Made by a program: the position numbers and the translations under genes
Notes under the pieces: model-generated
What the model was told of the DNA's origin: nothing
What the model saw: the letters and a program-made list of their open reading frames with translations, nothing else
The model's database searches: none
NCBI RefSeq assembly: GCF_001194135.2
Contig: NC_068988.1
Span: 80,215,059-80,279,058, forward strand
Source: Octopus bimaculoides
Lineage: Eukaryota
Direction: 5' to 3'
Length of the DNA stretch: 64,000 bases
Part shown: positions 24,861 to 38,168 of the stretch, in pieces
How positions within the stretch are numbered: position 1 is the stretch's first letter
Layout: every line of letters begins with the position of its first letter

Positions 24861-24943
24861 GACTGCAGCATAAATCAATAAATTAGAAAGATATCAATAG
24901 TATTCTAGAAAAAAATGGCCAATCAATTGAACAACCAACTTAC

Positions 24944-25015
24944 CCTCTTGTACATGCATTCTTCACCTCAGAATCATCTTCTATTTGTCTGTATTCTACT
25001 TTACACATGTAACAC
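24944..25015 (-). CDS. CERKL: CERKL-like exon
   Basis: ttgcCAG acceptor and GG|GTAAGT donor. Encodes (R)CYMCKVEYRQIEDDSEVKNACTR(G). 72 bp, phase 2/2. Confidence 0.85.
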
Positions 25016-25210
25016 CTGGCAATATACAAACATTTCTTTACAGAGGAAACAAATACAGATGCCAAACTTTGACACATATGGCGTTATTGGATCAATCTGA
25101 AATGATATTAACATTATGTGATATTTCCTTACAACTTATCTACCCACACATCATCTCTCCTCTTCTCTCTCTCTCTCTCTCTCCTTTCCCCTCTTATGTT
25201 TTCTTCTTCT

Positions 25211-25263
<53 letters not shown>

Positions 25264-25265
<2 letters not shown>

Positions 25266-25745
25266 CTGCACTACCAAGCACAGCTCTATGTGGTATGGGT
25301 ATGTGCTGTGGCTTGTTGTGATTCTCTTATTTTTACTGTATTGAAAGTGTTTTGCGTAGGATGTGTGCGATGCCTAGTAGTGCTATTTTCTGTAAGTTAT
25401 ATATACTTGTTAGTCCAGATGTTTTTGTTATGTATTTGTCTGAATATTTTTTTAATCATACCTAATGCACCTACTATGATAGGATTTGTTTCTGTTTTTA
25501 GACTCCACATTCAAGTTGCCTCTATTTCCAGATGTTCGTATTTTGAAAGTTTCTCTGTTTCTTTTAGAGAAACATTGTCATCTGTTGGTATTGATACATC
25601 AATTAAAAAGCATTCATTTTCTTTGTGATCTCTGAAAACTATATCCAGCCTATTGGCCTTAATTTCTCTAATTTATTGGCCTTAATTTCTCTAATTTATT
25701 CGCCTTAATTTCTCTAATTTATTGGCCTTAATTTCTCTATCTTTA
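25264..25745 (-). mobile_element. R4/Dong-clade LINE 3' remnant (restriction-like endonuclease) between (AAT)n tracts
   Basis: KANRLDIVFRDHKENECFLIDVSIPTDDNVSLKETEKLSKYEHLEIEAT*MWSLKTETNPIIVGALGMIKK, a PD..D-type REL domain. Confidence 0.82.
25651..25739. repeat. 23-bp tandem repeat, about 4 copies
   Basis: tattggccttaatttctctaatt starting at 25651, 25674, 25697 and 25720. Confidence 0.9.
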
Positions 25746-25762
25746 TTATTGTTGTTGTTATT

Positions 25763-25977
25763 AAGGCAGCGAGCTGGCAGAACCATTAGCATGCTGGACA
25801 AAATGCTTAGCAGTATTCCACCTGTCACTACAATCTGAGTTTAAAATTTGCCGAGGTCGACTTTGCCTTTCATCTTTTCAGGGTCGATAAATTAAGTATC
25901 AGTGAAATAATGGGGTCGATATAATCAATTAGTCCCTTCCTACAAAATTTCAGGCCTTGTGCCTATAGTAGAAAGGA

Positions 25978-26045
<68 letters not shown>

Positions 26046-26281
26046 TATTATTATTATCATCATCATCATCAAGGTGATGAGCTGGCAGAATCATTAGCAT
26101 ACTGGGCAAAATGCTTAGTGTCATTTCATCTGTCTTTATGTTCTGAGTTCAAATTCTGCTGAGGTCGACTTTGCTTTTCATCCTTTCAGGGTTGGTAAAT
26201 TAAGTTTCAGTCAAGTACTGGGGTCAATGTAATCGACTATCCCCACCCCAAATTTCAAGCCTTGTGCCTAAGTAGAAAGGG
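25763..26281 (+). mobile_element. Two tandem family A SINEs separated by (ATT)n/(CAT)n
   Basis: Copies at about 25763-25978 and 26071-26281. Confidence 0.87.
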
Positions 26282-26399
26282 TTATTATTATTATTAGTAG
26301 TAGCAGTAGTAGTAGTAGTAGTAGCCATTTTTATTCTGCTGCTCTTTTTCATTTTTCTAACTTCCTTGAGAGTGAATTTGGGAGGTGGAAACTGTGTTG

Positions 26400-26880
26400 A
26401 GGTCTGTTATATGTGTATGTTTGTGCATTTGTCTCCCCACACAAACCACTTGACAACTGGTATTGGTTTGTTTACATCCCAGTAACTTAATTACAACCCT
26501 GTAACTTTGGCAAAAGAGAATGCTAGAATAAGTACCAATTTTAGAAAATAAGTACTGGGGTTGACTTGTTCAACTAAACTCTTCAAGGTAGTGCCCCAGC
26601 ATGGCTGCAGTTCAATGATTGAAAAGAGTAAAAATAACAATATTTTACCTTCATACACAAAAATTCAAAGAATGAAGGCAAATCACATAATTTGCAAATG
26701 GGTGCAGGCATGTCTGTGTGGTTAAGAATTTTGCTTCATAGCTACATGGTTTTAGGTTCAATCCCACTTCACAGCACCTTGGACAAGTAAATCCTGAAAT
26801 AACCTTCATTTAGCCAAAATCTTGTGAGTGAAATTTGGAAGACAGAAACTCTAAGAATCCCATTAGGAAGTTGTTTGCAT
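26400..26880 (+). mobile_element. Degenerate family B SINE pieces (3' half, then a second tRNA-like head)
   Basis: gcatggctgcagttcaatga tail. Head ggtgcaggcatgtctgtgtggttaag...caccttggacaagt. Confidence 0.7.
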
Positions 26881-27081
26881 TCCAGAGTGGTACACTTAAC
26901 TCGTTGCCTAACCATTGCCTAGTTGAACACCACCACTCCATTGTGTTCTATACCTATAGCAGAGTTCCCTTCATTGCAAGCATCAGGCTAGCTCACTGGT
27001 CTAAGGATATCTTCATTACTTCCTCCTATCTGTCTCAGAGACCCTGAAAATTATCATGGGTGCTGCTCGATGATGAGGATG

Positions 27082-27118
<37 letters not shown>

Positions 27119-27409
27119 TTATAATAATGATTTCATTTATTTTCCACAAGAGTCAAGGATGAGGAGGACAATTGAAATGATAAAATAAATAGACAAAACC
27201 AAAAAAACAAGAGAGTAAGTATACATGGTATACAATGAAAAGAAAGGGTATACATAGTATACAAAGGTTAAAAAAAGGATAGGGGATGATAAAGATGTAG
27301 TCTTCCTGATACAGGATGACCTCTAGGGATAATTGAGGAACCCCAATGTCTGAGATCTCCCTGAATACCAAGGGAAAAGTGCGTTCTCCAAAATAATGAT
27401 TTCAAATAT

Positions 27410-27567
27410 TTTGGCACAAGGCCAGCAATGTAGAGGGAGGGGCAGTTTGATCACATTGACACCGGTACTCAACTGGTACATATTTTATTTCGAAAGGACG
27501 AAAGGCAAAGTTAACATCAACAGAATTTGAACTCAGAATGCAAGGATTCTGCCAGTTCACCGCCTTA
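27410..27567 (-). mobile_element. SINE family A, internally deleted
   Basis: Reverse complement reads aaggcggtgaactggcagaatcc...gagttcaaattctgttgatgttaactttgcc. Confidence 0.75.
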
Positions 27568-27577
27568 ATAATAACAA

Positions 27578-27625
<48 letters not shown>

Positions 27626-27626
27626 C

Positions 27627-27660
<34 letters not shown>

Positions 27661-27954
27661 AATAAATAGATAAATAAATAAAAGCTCTTTTAAAATCCCT
27701 AAAAAAACTTCACTTATTTCACCTTATTTGTCAGAGCAGCCCAATGTTTTGTATTTTCAACATCTGTCAGGTGCCGTGTGTGTCCTCACCAATACTCAGT
27801 AATGATATTCCATAATTTTGATTACCAACAGTATTCAAATTACGTTTTAATACAACAACAAGGATGTTATTAAAGCAAAACATTTGTGTGACAGTTTTTG
27901 AAAGCATAAATTATAAACACCTTATTTCTATAAAATAATTCAATGTTTATTTAC

Positions 27955-28138
27955 CTTAATTTTGACTGAGTCAAAGCTTTTAAAAAGCCTCCTTCCATTT
28001 TCTTTGAACGAAGAACAGATCTATAACGTTCTGCAAAAGTAAGAACATTTCCAGCAAAACCATACTGGCTGTTGAAAACCCATTTATACAGCAAGCCATC
28101 ATGGTGCACGGAACAGAGATCTACATATCGATAATGAC
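27955..28138 (-). CDS. CERKL: CERKL-like exon
   Basis: tcttcAG acceptor and AG|GTAAAT donor. Encodes HYRYVDLCSVHHDGLLYKWVFNSQYGFAGNVLTFAERYRSVLRSKKMEGGFLKALTQSKL. 184 bp, phase 1/2. Confidence 0.92.
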
Positions 28139-28529
28139 CTGAAGATGAAAGGAAAAAGATTAAAGAACATTCAAAGAATATATAATAATATATTTAATGT
28201 ATTACTAATATTTGATCGATTCTCTTCAGAAATATAGAGGAATATTGATTTCTTATGACTTGGCACAAAATCAGTTTATGTAGGCTAAGAGAATTAACAT
28301 ATGTTTATTACTGGTATAATGCCACTTGAATTAACCTCCTAAATATTTCTGGTATATACACTCACTTGTATTAAACTCTGTTTATTATTGGTATAATAGT
28401 TATTTGAATCAAACCTGTTCCCTATATATTACTGGTACAATAGTAACTTGAGTTAACACTCTGTATATTGATGATATAATAATTACTTGAATGAATTCCA
28501 TATAGAATATTGGTATATCGTCATTTGAA

Positions 28530-29465
28530 TAAATTCGTGCCTGCTGAGGACATGTGTAGGCTTGCAAGGAATGAAGCCAGTATGCTCCGATGGATGTGTA
28601 ATGTCAGTGTGCATACTCGACAGCGTGTAAGTACCTTGAGAGAAAAGTTGAACCTCAGAAGCATCAGTTGTGGTGGGCNNNNNNNNNNNNNNNNNNNNNN
28701 NNNNNNNNNNNNNNNNNNNNNNNNNNNNNNNNNNNNNNNNNNNNNNNNNNNNNNNNNNNNNNNNNNNNNNNNNNNNNNNNNNNNNNNNNNNNNNNNNNNN
28801 NNNNNNNNNNNNNNNNNNNNNNNNNNNNNNNNNNNNNNNNNNNNNNNNNNNNNNNNNNNNNNNNNNNNNNNNNNNNNNNNNNNNNNNNNNNNNNNNNNNN
28901 NNNNNNNNNNNNNNNNNNNNNNNNNNNNNCCTACGTTGTCTCCTTCATTGGACACTAAACTCCGCTTGCAAAGACCTGTTGAGGCAAGTGAAATCGAAAT
29001 CGAATTAAATTCGACGACTGGCACCCATGCCTACGTTGTCTCCTTCATTGGAAACGAAACTCAGCTTGCAAAGACCTATTCGGGCAAGCAAAAGCGAAAC
29101 CGTCAATGGCACCTGTGCCCAGCATCGCCTTCCTGGCACTTGTGCCACATGGCACGTGTAAAGACATTCGAGCAAGATTGTTGCCAGTGCTGCCGAACTG
29201 GCTCTTGTGCAGGTGGCACGTAAAATACACCATTTTGAGCGTGGCCATTGCCAGTACTGCCTGACTTGCCTTCGTGCCGGTGGCACGTAAAAGCACCTAC
29301 TACACTCTCGTAGTGGTTGGCATTAGGAAGGGCATCCAGCTGTAGAAACTCTGCCAAATCAGATTGGAGCCTGGTGTAGCCATCTGGTTTCACCAGTCCT
29401 CAGTCAAATCGTCCAACCCATGCTAGCATGGAAAGTGGACATTAAACGACGATGATGATGATGAA
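28530..29465 (+). mobile_element. 5'-truncated RTE LINE spanning an assembly gap, inserted in an AT-rich minisatellite
   Basis: AEDMCRLARNEASMLRWMCNVSVHTRQ, shared 3' UTR and (GAT)n tail. The ggtataatagttacttgaat minisatellite occurs on both sides (28300-28520 and about 29510). Confidence 0.88.
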
Positions 29466-29759
29466 TCATTTCTAGTAGAACAGATATTTGAATTCAGTTA
29501 AGCCTGCTTGTATTACTAGTATAATAGTTACTTGAATATCTTGAATCATCCTCTATTTAGTATCAGTACCATACAGGGCTGATTAGCATGATGATTCTCA
29601 TCCACTATCTGAATAAAAATATCAGTATCATAATATTTCTACATGTTTATCCATTTCTTCAAATAAATATTATATATATTTGAATAAATCAAATTGACAT
29701 TGTATATTCGTATGAATGAAATAAAATATTATATATTTGTAAAAATAAAATAGATATTT

Positions 29760-29800
29760 TTTCTTTTATCTTTTACTTGTTTCAGTCATTTGACTCCCAA

Positions 29801-29843
<43 letters not shown>

Positions 29844-31588
29844 TATATATATATATGACAGGCTTCTTTCAGTTTCCATCTACCAAATCCACTCACAAGG
29901 CTTTGATCAGCCCAAGGCTATAGGAGAAGACACTTGCCCAAGATGTCATGCAGTGGGATTCATCCTGGAACCATTTGGTTAGAAAGCAAGCTTCTTACCA
30001 CACAGCCACTCCTGTATCTATTGGATATGTTTATATAATTAAAATAGACATTGCATATCTATATAGATAAAATAAATATTGTATATTTGTATAAATAAAA
30101 TAGATATTGTATATTTACTTATGAAGTTCTTAAAGTTTCTAGTCATTGGCAATCATGTATAACTCTACTCTTGACTCTTTTACTCTTTTACTTGTTTCAG
30201 TCATTTGACTGCGGCCATGCTGGAGCACCACCTTTAGTCGAGCAAATCAACCCCGGGACTTATTTTTTGTAAACCTAGTACTTATTCTATCGGTCTCTTT
30301 TGCCGAACCGCTAAGTGACGGGGACATAAACACACCAGCATCAGTTATCAAGCAATGTTAGGGGGACAAGCATAGACACCCAAACATACACACACACATA
30401 TATATATACACATATATGACCGGCTTCTTTCAGTTTCCGTCTACCAAATCCACTTTGGTCGGCCTGAGGCTATAGCAGAAGACACTTCCCCAAGATGCCA
30501 TGCAGTGGGACTGAACCTGTAACCATGTTGGTAAGCAAGCTACTTACCACACAGCCACTCCTGCACCTATTTCATTCTTTTTAAGAATTGTCAGCATGAC
30601 ATAACCTGTGGCTTATTAATTAAATGTTTCACGCAGTAAAACATAACGTTAAAGATGGAAATTTGTGGGATATGTTGTTTTTTTTTCTTTCATAGAATAT
30701 TAGTACATTTGGAACTGAGAGAACCAAAAGTTCTTCATATTCACAACTGTTTCTAGAGAATTCTACTTTGTGAAAATGTCTTATAGTAGCCAATAATTTC
30801 AGTTTTAGCTGCAACCAATTTCACAAGCTGGTTTCCAATGTACTTTTTGATGTATAAACACTTGTTTCAAACAGTTTTCTTTTTTTCGTTTTCTCATAAT
30901 ATTCCTACGAATGTGTAGCAGAACAGACATCTATCCATAAATATACCTGTCTTGCTCATTGTCAACAGAATAAAACAGATTTTCATAAAATCACATTCAG
31001 GATTTTTCAAACACACAGGGCCTAGTGGTCTCATAGGAGATAATTATTTCATCAAAATGAGGTAGGATTAGAATTTTAAAATTGAAATTGAAAGAATTAT
31101 AAGGAAAAAGATGTTTACAATTATATTTGTGTAAGTAAAACAGATACTATATATTTTTCTATATATAAAATAAATATTCTTTTACTCTTTTACTCTTTTA
31201 CTTGTTTCAGTCATTTGACTGCGGCCATGCTGGAGCACCGCCTTTAGTCGAGCAAATCGACCCCAGGACTTATTCTTTAGAAGCCTAGTACTTATTCTAT
31301 CGATCTCATTTGCCGAACCGCTAAGTTACGGGGGACGTAAACACACCAGCATCAGTTGTCAAGCGATGTTGTGGGGACAAACACAGACACACATACATAT
31401 ACATATATATATATACATATATACGACGGACTTCTTTCAGTTTCCGTCTACCAAATCCACTCACAAGGCTTTGGTCGGCCTGAGGCTATAGTAGAAGACA
31501 CTTGCCCAAGATGCCATGCAGTGTGACTGAACCCAGAACCATGTGGTTGGTAAGCAAGCTACTTACCACACAGCCACTCCTGTGCCTA
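29760..31588 (-). mobile_element. Cluster of three family B tRNA-SINEs (CORE-like) at about 29760-30015, 30175-30569 and 31178-31588
   Basis: Minus-strand head taggc.caggagtggctgtgtggtaagtagcttgcttaccaaccacatggttc.gggttcagtc, core cttgggcaagtgtcttct, tail tgactgaaacaag(taaaagag)n. Confidence 0.9.
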
Positions 31589-31649
31589 TTATATATATTT
31601 GTGTAAAGAAAATAGCTATTGTATAATTGTATAAACAATATGTTATATA

Positions 31650-31950
31650 TATCATCATCATCATCATCATCATCATCATTATCCTCGTTTAATGTCTGCT
31701 TTCCAGGCTAGCATGGGCTGGTCGGTTTGACTGAGGACTGGCAAGCCAGGATGTTCTTCCTAATGCCAACCACTCCAAGAGTGTAGTGGATGCCTTTTAC
31801 GTGCCATCAGCATGGTGGCCAGTCAGGTAACATTGGTATCGATCATGCTCGAATGGTGTTTTTTACATACCACTGGCATGGGAGCCAGTCAGGCAACATT
31901 GGCATTGACCACACTTCAATGGTGCTTTTTAAATTCCACCGGCACTGCAG
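31650..31950 (-). mobile_element. RTE 3' UTR-derived repeat with (GAT)n tail
   Basis: catcatc..gtttaatgtctgctttcca.gctagcatggg matches the RTE 3' end. Confidence 0.8.
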
Positions 31951-33212
31951 TTGACAGTGTTGATCATTCATGTTCTGTGTGAACATATTAATTCTGTGAA
32001 AGGTTATTCTAGATAACTATATCCAAATATTTATTAGGATAATACTATTCTACACCAATCTGCACTACAAAGTTGTCATAACATTATTGGTGACGAGATA
32101 TTCAAACACACGACATAACAGTGTAAATAAATATTGCATAAATCATTAGAGAAAATGTTTTACAGCATCTCTTAAAGTTAACCATAATATCATAAAGTAT
32201 TGTTTTTATTTTCCAGTTAATTAACTGTAGAAATAAAATCATTCATTTTGCTTAATGAGATAATAGAATATCAGAAGAAAGGACAATACACTTTGCTTGA
32301 TGACTTAATACGATACCAATAGAAAGGTTATAATTACTGACCTTTCAATTAGTGAAATAATTGTATAATTGCACAGCAATCATGCAATATGTTACCACAC
32401 TTTTCTCATTAAATAATTAAGTTTCTCGTCACTTTAATTCTGTAACCTATTAGAATGCTACAAAAGACTTGATCTTTGTGCAGTGTATCTTGGGTAACCC
32501 AACTGAACAGAACATAACTGCTTACATCTGGTATTTGTATGTACCTATTTACAATTAAGTCCACTGGGCTATTGAGATGTAACTGTCATAAATCCACGAG
32601 TTAGAGAAGAGTAATAAGAGAATGAATGAGTTATAGATCAACTAGTTGGCAAACATCCTGCCAGTTTAATATAATCATCATTAATATAATAATAAACAAC
32701 ATGCAAAAACATGTTAGATGAATGTAACAAACATTTTACACTATATGAATAACAAACTTTATACAAGTAAGTACTTGGCTTTAATTACTATGATTTGGAA
32801 TATTAAGAAAGGCATGAAAGTCACAATCTCTCATTTATCATTATTTTAAGCATATGAAAAATAGTGATAATGTTAACAAATTGAAAGCAAAGAAATTAGC
32901 CAGCCACTAGAATTATAATGATTTCTTGCACAAATACTGGGTGAATTTTTGTTGGGTGGGACTACAGTTGAGTTTATTGTTCCATTGACTGGAGGGTGCT
33001 TGGTTTATTCGTCAGGAAATATTGAGGGGGCAGAAAATAGCAGTGATTCCCACCTAAGAGATTATAAACTCAGAACAGTGAGGTATGAAATTGTAAGCAG
33101 CAGAAATAACAGTTATTTTCACTTGGTTTAAACACAAACAAGAACAGCAACAACAATATAAACATATAGAGAATGAATCACTGAATATAGCAGTAAACAA
33201 AACATAGTATGC

Positions 33213-33248
<36 letters not shown>

Positions 33249-33449
33249 TAAACATGTACACACACACTCATAAGATATATAATATATATACTCCAATATA
33301 AAACCTGCAGTCAACTTAGTACTAGACATCTTGCTTTGCATATTACTGAAAATCTACTATTTTGACTCAGATGAAATCCAGTGATGTCACAGACAAAACA
33401 CCATCATCGTACAATCATCACTTTTCAAAAGTCCTATGGCAATAGAGGC

Positions 33450-33990
33450 GTGGTGATGTATGCAGACTTGACCGGTTGGAAGCATACAGTTACAAATCTG
33501 CACATAAGGTGTCAAGGTTCTTATCTTTACATTGCTAACGTTTTTATGGACAGGAACTGTTTTCGGTGGAGAATCCTGTGTCTGAGCAGCCCTTTTAAGG
33601 AGAACACTGCTCACCTGGATATACAGGGAAGGTGCTAGAAAAGGTGCACTGAAAATTGTCTGTCCTCTCTCTGCTGCTTAGTTTACTGCAGCTAACGGTG
33701 GTTCAATTTAACAGGATTGAACAAAGAATTGATATAAACAATGATAACAAGTATGCAAGGAATAAGGATGTAATCAATTAGGAATAAGGTGTCATATGTG
33801 GAAAAAACTTGTAAGACAATATCTGGACTTAAAAGACATATGCTAGTTCACAAAAGGATTCCTTCAGAATCAGATTCCAAAGGGCAAAGATACAGAAGAA
33901 ACTTAAATAATATCTGTCACTTGTCAGTCAGCAGCTGGTCTTAAAAGTCATCTAAGGGCTCATCAACGGAGTGATTGTACTGTGTGATGA
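33450..33990 (+). mobile_element. Probable RTE (BovB-like) ORF2 C-terminal remnant with two degenerate C2H2 fingers
   Basis: Frameshifted CH.CGKTCKTISGLKRHMLVH and ICHL..QSAAGLKSHLRAH at 33789-33963. Confidence 0.55.
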
Positions 33991-34042
33991 GATGTGGCAT
34001 GTGTGTTGATGGGATGGCTATCATCTCTCAAGATGAAGCAAT

Positions 34043-34069
<27 letters not shown>

Positions 34070-34078
<9 letters not shown>

Positions 34079-34250
34079 TCATCGTCATCATCATCATCAT
34101 CATCGTTTAACATCCGCTTTCCATGCTAGCATGGGTTGGACGATTTGACTGAGGACTGGTGAAACCGGATGGCAACACCAGGCTCCAATCTAATTTGGCA
34201 GAGTTTCTACAGCTGGATGCCCTTCTTAACGCCAACCACTCAGAGAGTGT
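34070..34250 (-). mobile_element. RTE 3' end repeat
   Basis: Near-consensus RTE 3' tail with (CAT)n on + strand. Confidence 0.85.
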
Positions 34251-34261
34251 CTATATATGTA

Positions 34262-34677
34262 TATATATATTATCATAAGAGCACACAAGGCACCTACCTG
34301 CTAGAAAGTGGAGTGAAAACCCTCAACTTAACCACCAATGACACTGAAAAATTCAACAGACAAGAACAGTAGTTGGGCAAATGAGCAAAAAATTTAACAT
34401 ACCATCACAGCTTAATGTTATATAGTTTGGCATCTGGATATACTTGTATCATGATTTTGAGATTTGGCGAATTACCTTAACTCTCTTCAGCAAGTCTTAT
34501 CAAGTGAAAAATTCATCTCGTCATCTTAGAGTCATTGGTCGTTAAGTTGAGGGTTTTAACTCCTCGTGGGCCCTTATGATAAATATAAATGTTAATTGTA
34601 TAGCTATCTAACACTATTTAATGCCTGCTTCCACCTCTATTATTGTTGTTATTATCAGTTACTTATATAAACTGCAG

Positions 34678-34731
<54 letters not shown>

Positions 34732-35105
34732 TCAATATAAATATTTGCTTTTGAATATTTACTTCTCATTATGAATATATTTACACTGAAGTTGTTCTGA
34801 ATTTGGTGTGAAACAATTCAGAACGCCAGCAAACTCCAGTGTGACAAGTTGAATTTTTCACTTGGTAAGACTTGCTGAAAAGAGTTATGGCATTTCACCA
34901 AAACTCGAAATCATGATAGAAATATATCCAGATGCCAAGCTATATAGCATTAGGTTGTGATGGTATGCTAAATTTTTTGCTTGTTTCCCCAATTACTGTT
35001 GTTGTCCGTTAAATTCTTCTGTGTTATTGGTGGTTAAATTGAGGTTTTTAACTCCACTTTCTAACAGGCAGACACCTCGTATGCCCTTACGATAAATATA
35101 AATGC
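34262..35105. repeat. Long imperfect inverted repeat (foldback/MITE-like), arms about 260 bp
   Basis: About 34262-34525 is the reverse complement of about 34840-35105 (e.g. tttggcatctggatata / tatatccagatgccaag). Confidence 0.85.
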
Positions 35106-36384
35106 TAATTGTATAGCTATTTATGCACCGGTGCATAAATTATATGTATGTATGTATGTTTGTATGTATGTATGAATGTATGTATGTATGTACGTATGTA
35201 TGTATGTATATATGTATGTATTTATATGTGTGAGGGTGTTTGCGCACAGGAACAAGCTTTTGACAACTAAGCACCAAATAAAGAAATATTAGATCCAAGC
35301 ATGAAAATATTTTGACTGGATAATTGATTTCTTGCTGGTTTTAATAACATACAAAATCATATACATTTCAAGTAGAATATTGCTCTAAAAGTGCCAATTT
35401 AAGCTAAGTAAATGGTAAATGTTATTGATAGTGTATTGATATTATACTGTTTATATTTTTAATTATTTACAACAGATCAATAACTGCCAGTTAGACAAAA
35501 TATAGAACAAAAGAAACAATCTGATTCTATGTAATATCTTTCACAGCAATTTATGGGAATCAATTATAGTAAAACCAACAGAGAAGGGTTAGATGTGTAA
35601 CCTGTTATAGATTATCAGGAGAAAAGCAAAATAAAAAAGGATGAGATGTGTAAGCTTTTATTGACAATATGGGGAGGAAGGACACAATAGAGAAGAAAGA
35701 TTAAATGTGTAAATTATTATAGGTTATCTGGGGAAGAAGAAGCAACAGAGTATAGCACAATTTCCTCAATACATTTACAATCTTCTTTTCATTTGTTGCT
35801 TAAACTCAAAGTTCAGTCCCCAACAAGGTAGACTTATAATCAAAGGTGCTTCAGTTGTGATCATCATCTCCTTTATTCAGATATAGTATAGCTAAGATTT
35901 ACTTAAATCAAAAAATCCCTTAATTTTTTAAGACAATAGGATGTCATTTGAGAATGATTTGGCTGTTATTTCTAGTAGTATGGGCAACTATGTAGAGGTT
36001 CTTTCATTGCTGTTTATCATCGTCATCATCATCACCACTATTTTATATCCATTGTTTCCTATGTTCTATGGGTCGGGCACAGCATTCCACCATTAGTAGC
36101 AGCCCTTGTCATCTCCTTCATGAGATTTAACTTTTTGAGATCAATTACCATCACATCTTTGGGCTTTTGTTCTCTTACTTCCAAACTGTCACTTTTCACA
36201 GGCATTACATGCCTGTGCCAGCTAAGTCTTCTTTCTTACACACATACACACTACATCTGATTCCTCTTATACCCAGTTTTCCTCTCACCTCATATGTGCT
36301 CTGTTGTTCATTACCAATATAACATATTAAACTGCACATGATCACTTCATTTCTTTCCAGCCTTTATCTACCCTCTTCATTAAT

Positions 36385-36990
36385 TACAATGCTTCGTCAT
36401 CATCATTTAACGTCCATTGTCCATGCTGGCATGGGTTGGACGGTTTGACCAGGGCTGGCAAGCTGGAGGGCTGTACCAGACTCCAGTCTGGTTTGGCATG
36501 GTTTCTACAGCTGTATGCCCTTCCTAATGCCAACCCCTCCAAGAGTGTAATGGGTGCTTTTAGGTGCCACCAGCACAGGTACCATTTGTGTGACACCAGT
36601 ATCTGCTACGACTATGATTTCACTTGGCTTGATGGGTCTTCTTCTCAAGCATGGCATAATGCCAAAGGTTTCAGTCATTTATCATTGCTGCCAAGAGGCC
36701 CAACACTCAAAAGATGCTTTTTACGTGCCACTGGCATTGGCCACCTTGCCTCCGTGAGGTTCAACGCTTGAATAATGCTTTTTATGTGCCACAGGCATGG
36801 GTATCAGTTATATGACACTAGCATCGGCCATGACTATGATTTCGCTTGGCTTGATGGGTCTTCTCAAGCATGGCATATCGCTAAATGTCTCGGTCACTAG
36901 TCATTGCCTCTGTGAGGCCCAAAGTTCGAAGGTCATGTTTCACCACCTCATCCCATGTCTTCCTGGATCTACCTATACCACAAGTTCCCT
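36385..36990 (-). mobile_element. RTE 3' portion (ORF2 end plus 3' UTR)
   Basis: Homologous to 5661-6200 and 46730-47517. Confidence 0.85.
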
Positions 36991-38093
36991 CCATAGTCAA
37001 ATATCAGCACTTCTTTACACAACTGTCCTCGTTAATGCACATCAAATGACCATACCAGCACAGTCAGTATCTGACCTAGATCCAAGGTTCCTTCATTGGA
37101 ATTTCGACATCAAGAGGGTTGTTGTGCCTGAACATGTGTTAATGTGTGCAATTTGGAGTCAGCGTATATGCAGATCTGTATATTCTGTCTTATGTATACT
37201 AATACATATAGTTGCATGTCTAGACATGTGTGTATATACTTATATGCTAAACTTTTGAAAGACATTTGTCTATGGTATCATGCAGTAGGATTGAACTCAA
37301 AATAATATGACTGTTAACTTTTTAACCATACAGCTATAACTATGCATAGAAATATTTCCTATGTTCTTGCAGTCTCAGATGTCATACAATTCTCCTCTTC
37401 CATAAGTTAATCTGTCCATTAGTAACAACACATAAATACTTCTAACTATTAGCACTAACAGTTCTCTTTCACCTTCTTTCTACAAACTCTCTGCAGTCAG
37501 AAAGAAAGCTTTCAGAATTACTGTAACTAGTGGAGTTGGCACTAGGAAAACACAGCTTGTCAACAGCATATGATACAAGAGACAGGTGGCTGCAGTAGCA
37601 ACACCGCTCTATAAAATACAAGCCTCAATCATCAGAATTCTGAACAGTTCTACCACTGAAGAGAGAAATATGGTTTTTCAAAGCTCAGTACAGTCATGCC
37701 TGCACAAAACATTTCAATATCTGGTACCAAGATCCACAATAAAGTCAAGAACTTTCAACATTTGACTATCAGAATTCCGAACAAACTTCCAGAAACTGCT
37801 AAAAGAGCCATTTCAGGTGACAAGATACTAGCTTTCAAAGGCCAAGTAACAGACATCTCTTGTCAGTCTTAGCTATTGGTAAAACAGTAAACCAATGTAA
37901 GAGCCAATTAAAAACCTACAACCAATGAGGTTATTGGTCATGAATACATGACAGCAAAACAAAAGTTGTTCTGTATATTCTTTATCAATAATGTCATTAC
38001 ACACATATATGTCACACTAAATATATTTACCAAGAGTAATTGCAATTACCAACTCTATTTAAGCTACTATTTATGCAAAAAATGCTCACTTAC

Positions 38094-38168
38094 CAAGTGA
38101 AATATGTATGGCTGCTGTTACGGGATCACAGGTTCCAATCACAGATTGAGCAATATGGTTGGTGGTTC
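38094..38168 (-). CDS. CERKL: CERKL-like exon (GS/TTN motif)
   Basis: ttttgttAG acceptor and G|GTAAGT donor. Encodes (G)TTNHIAQSVIGTCDPVTAAIHISL(G), like GSTN..A.S..G....TA.LHI..G. 75 bp. Confidence 0.92.

Noticed and set aside
25651-25739. Regular short repeats as a CRISPR-like array (also 4417-4517 and 57175-57410)
   Set aside because: There are no unique spacers, the context is eukaryotic, and no cas genes are present.
27721-27775. Possible micro-exon (DVENTKHWAALTNK)
   Set aside because: The acceptor lacks a pyrimidine tract, its phases (1/0) do not fit the flanking phase-2 junction, and there is no family similarity.
30629-30814. ORF MQLKLKLLATIRHFHKVEF as a possible CERKL exon
   Set aside because: It has no convincing splice sites and the exon chain closes in phase without it.
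31500-31588. tRNA-like sequences (also about 10630, 25765, 26700 and 43000)
   Set aside because: They are SINE heads continuing into SINE bodies and give no complete cloverleaf.
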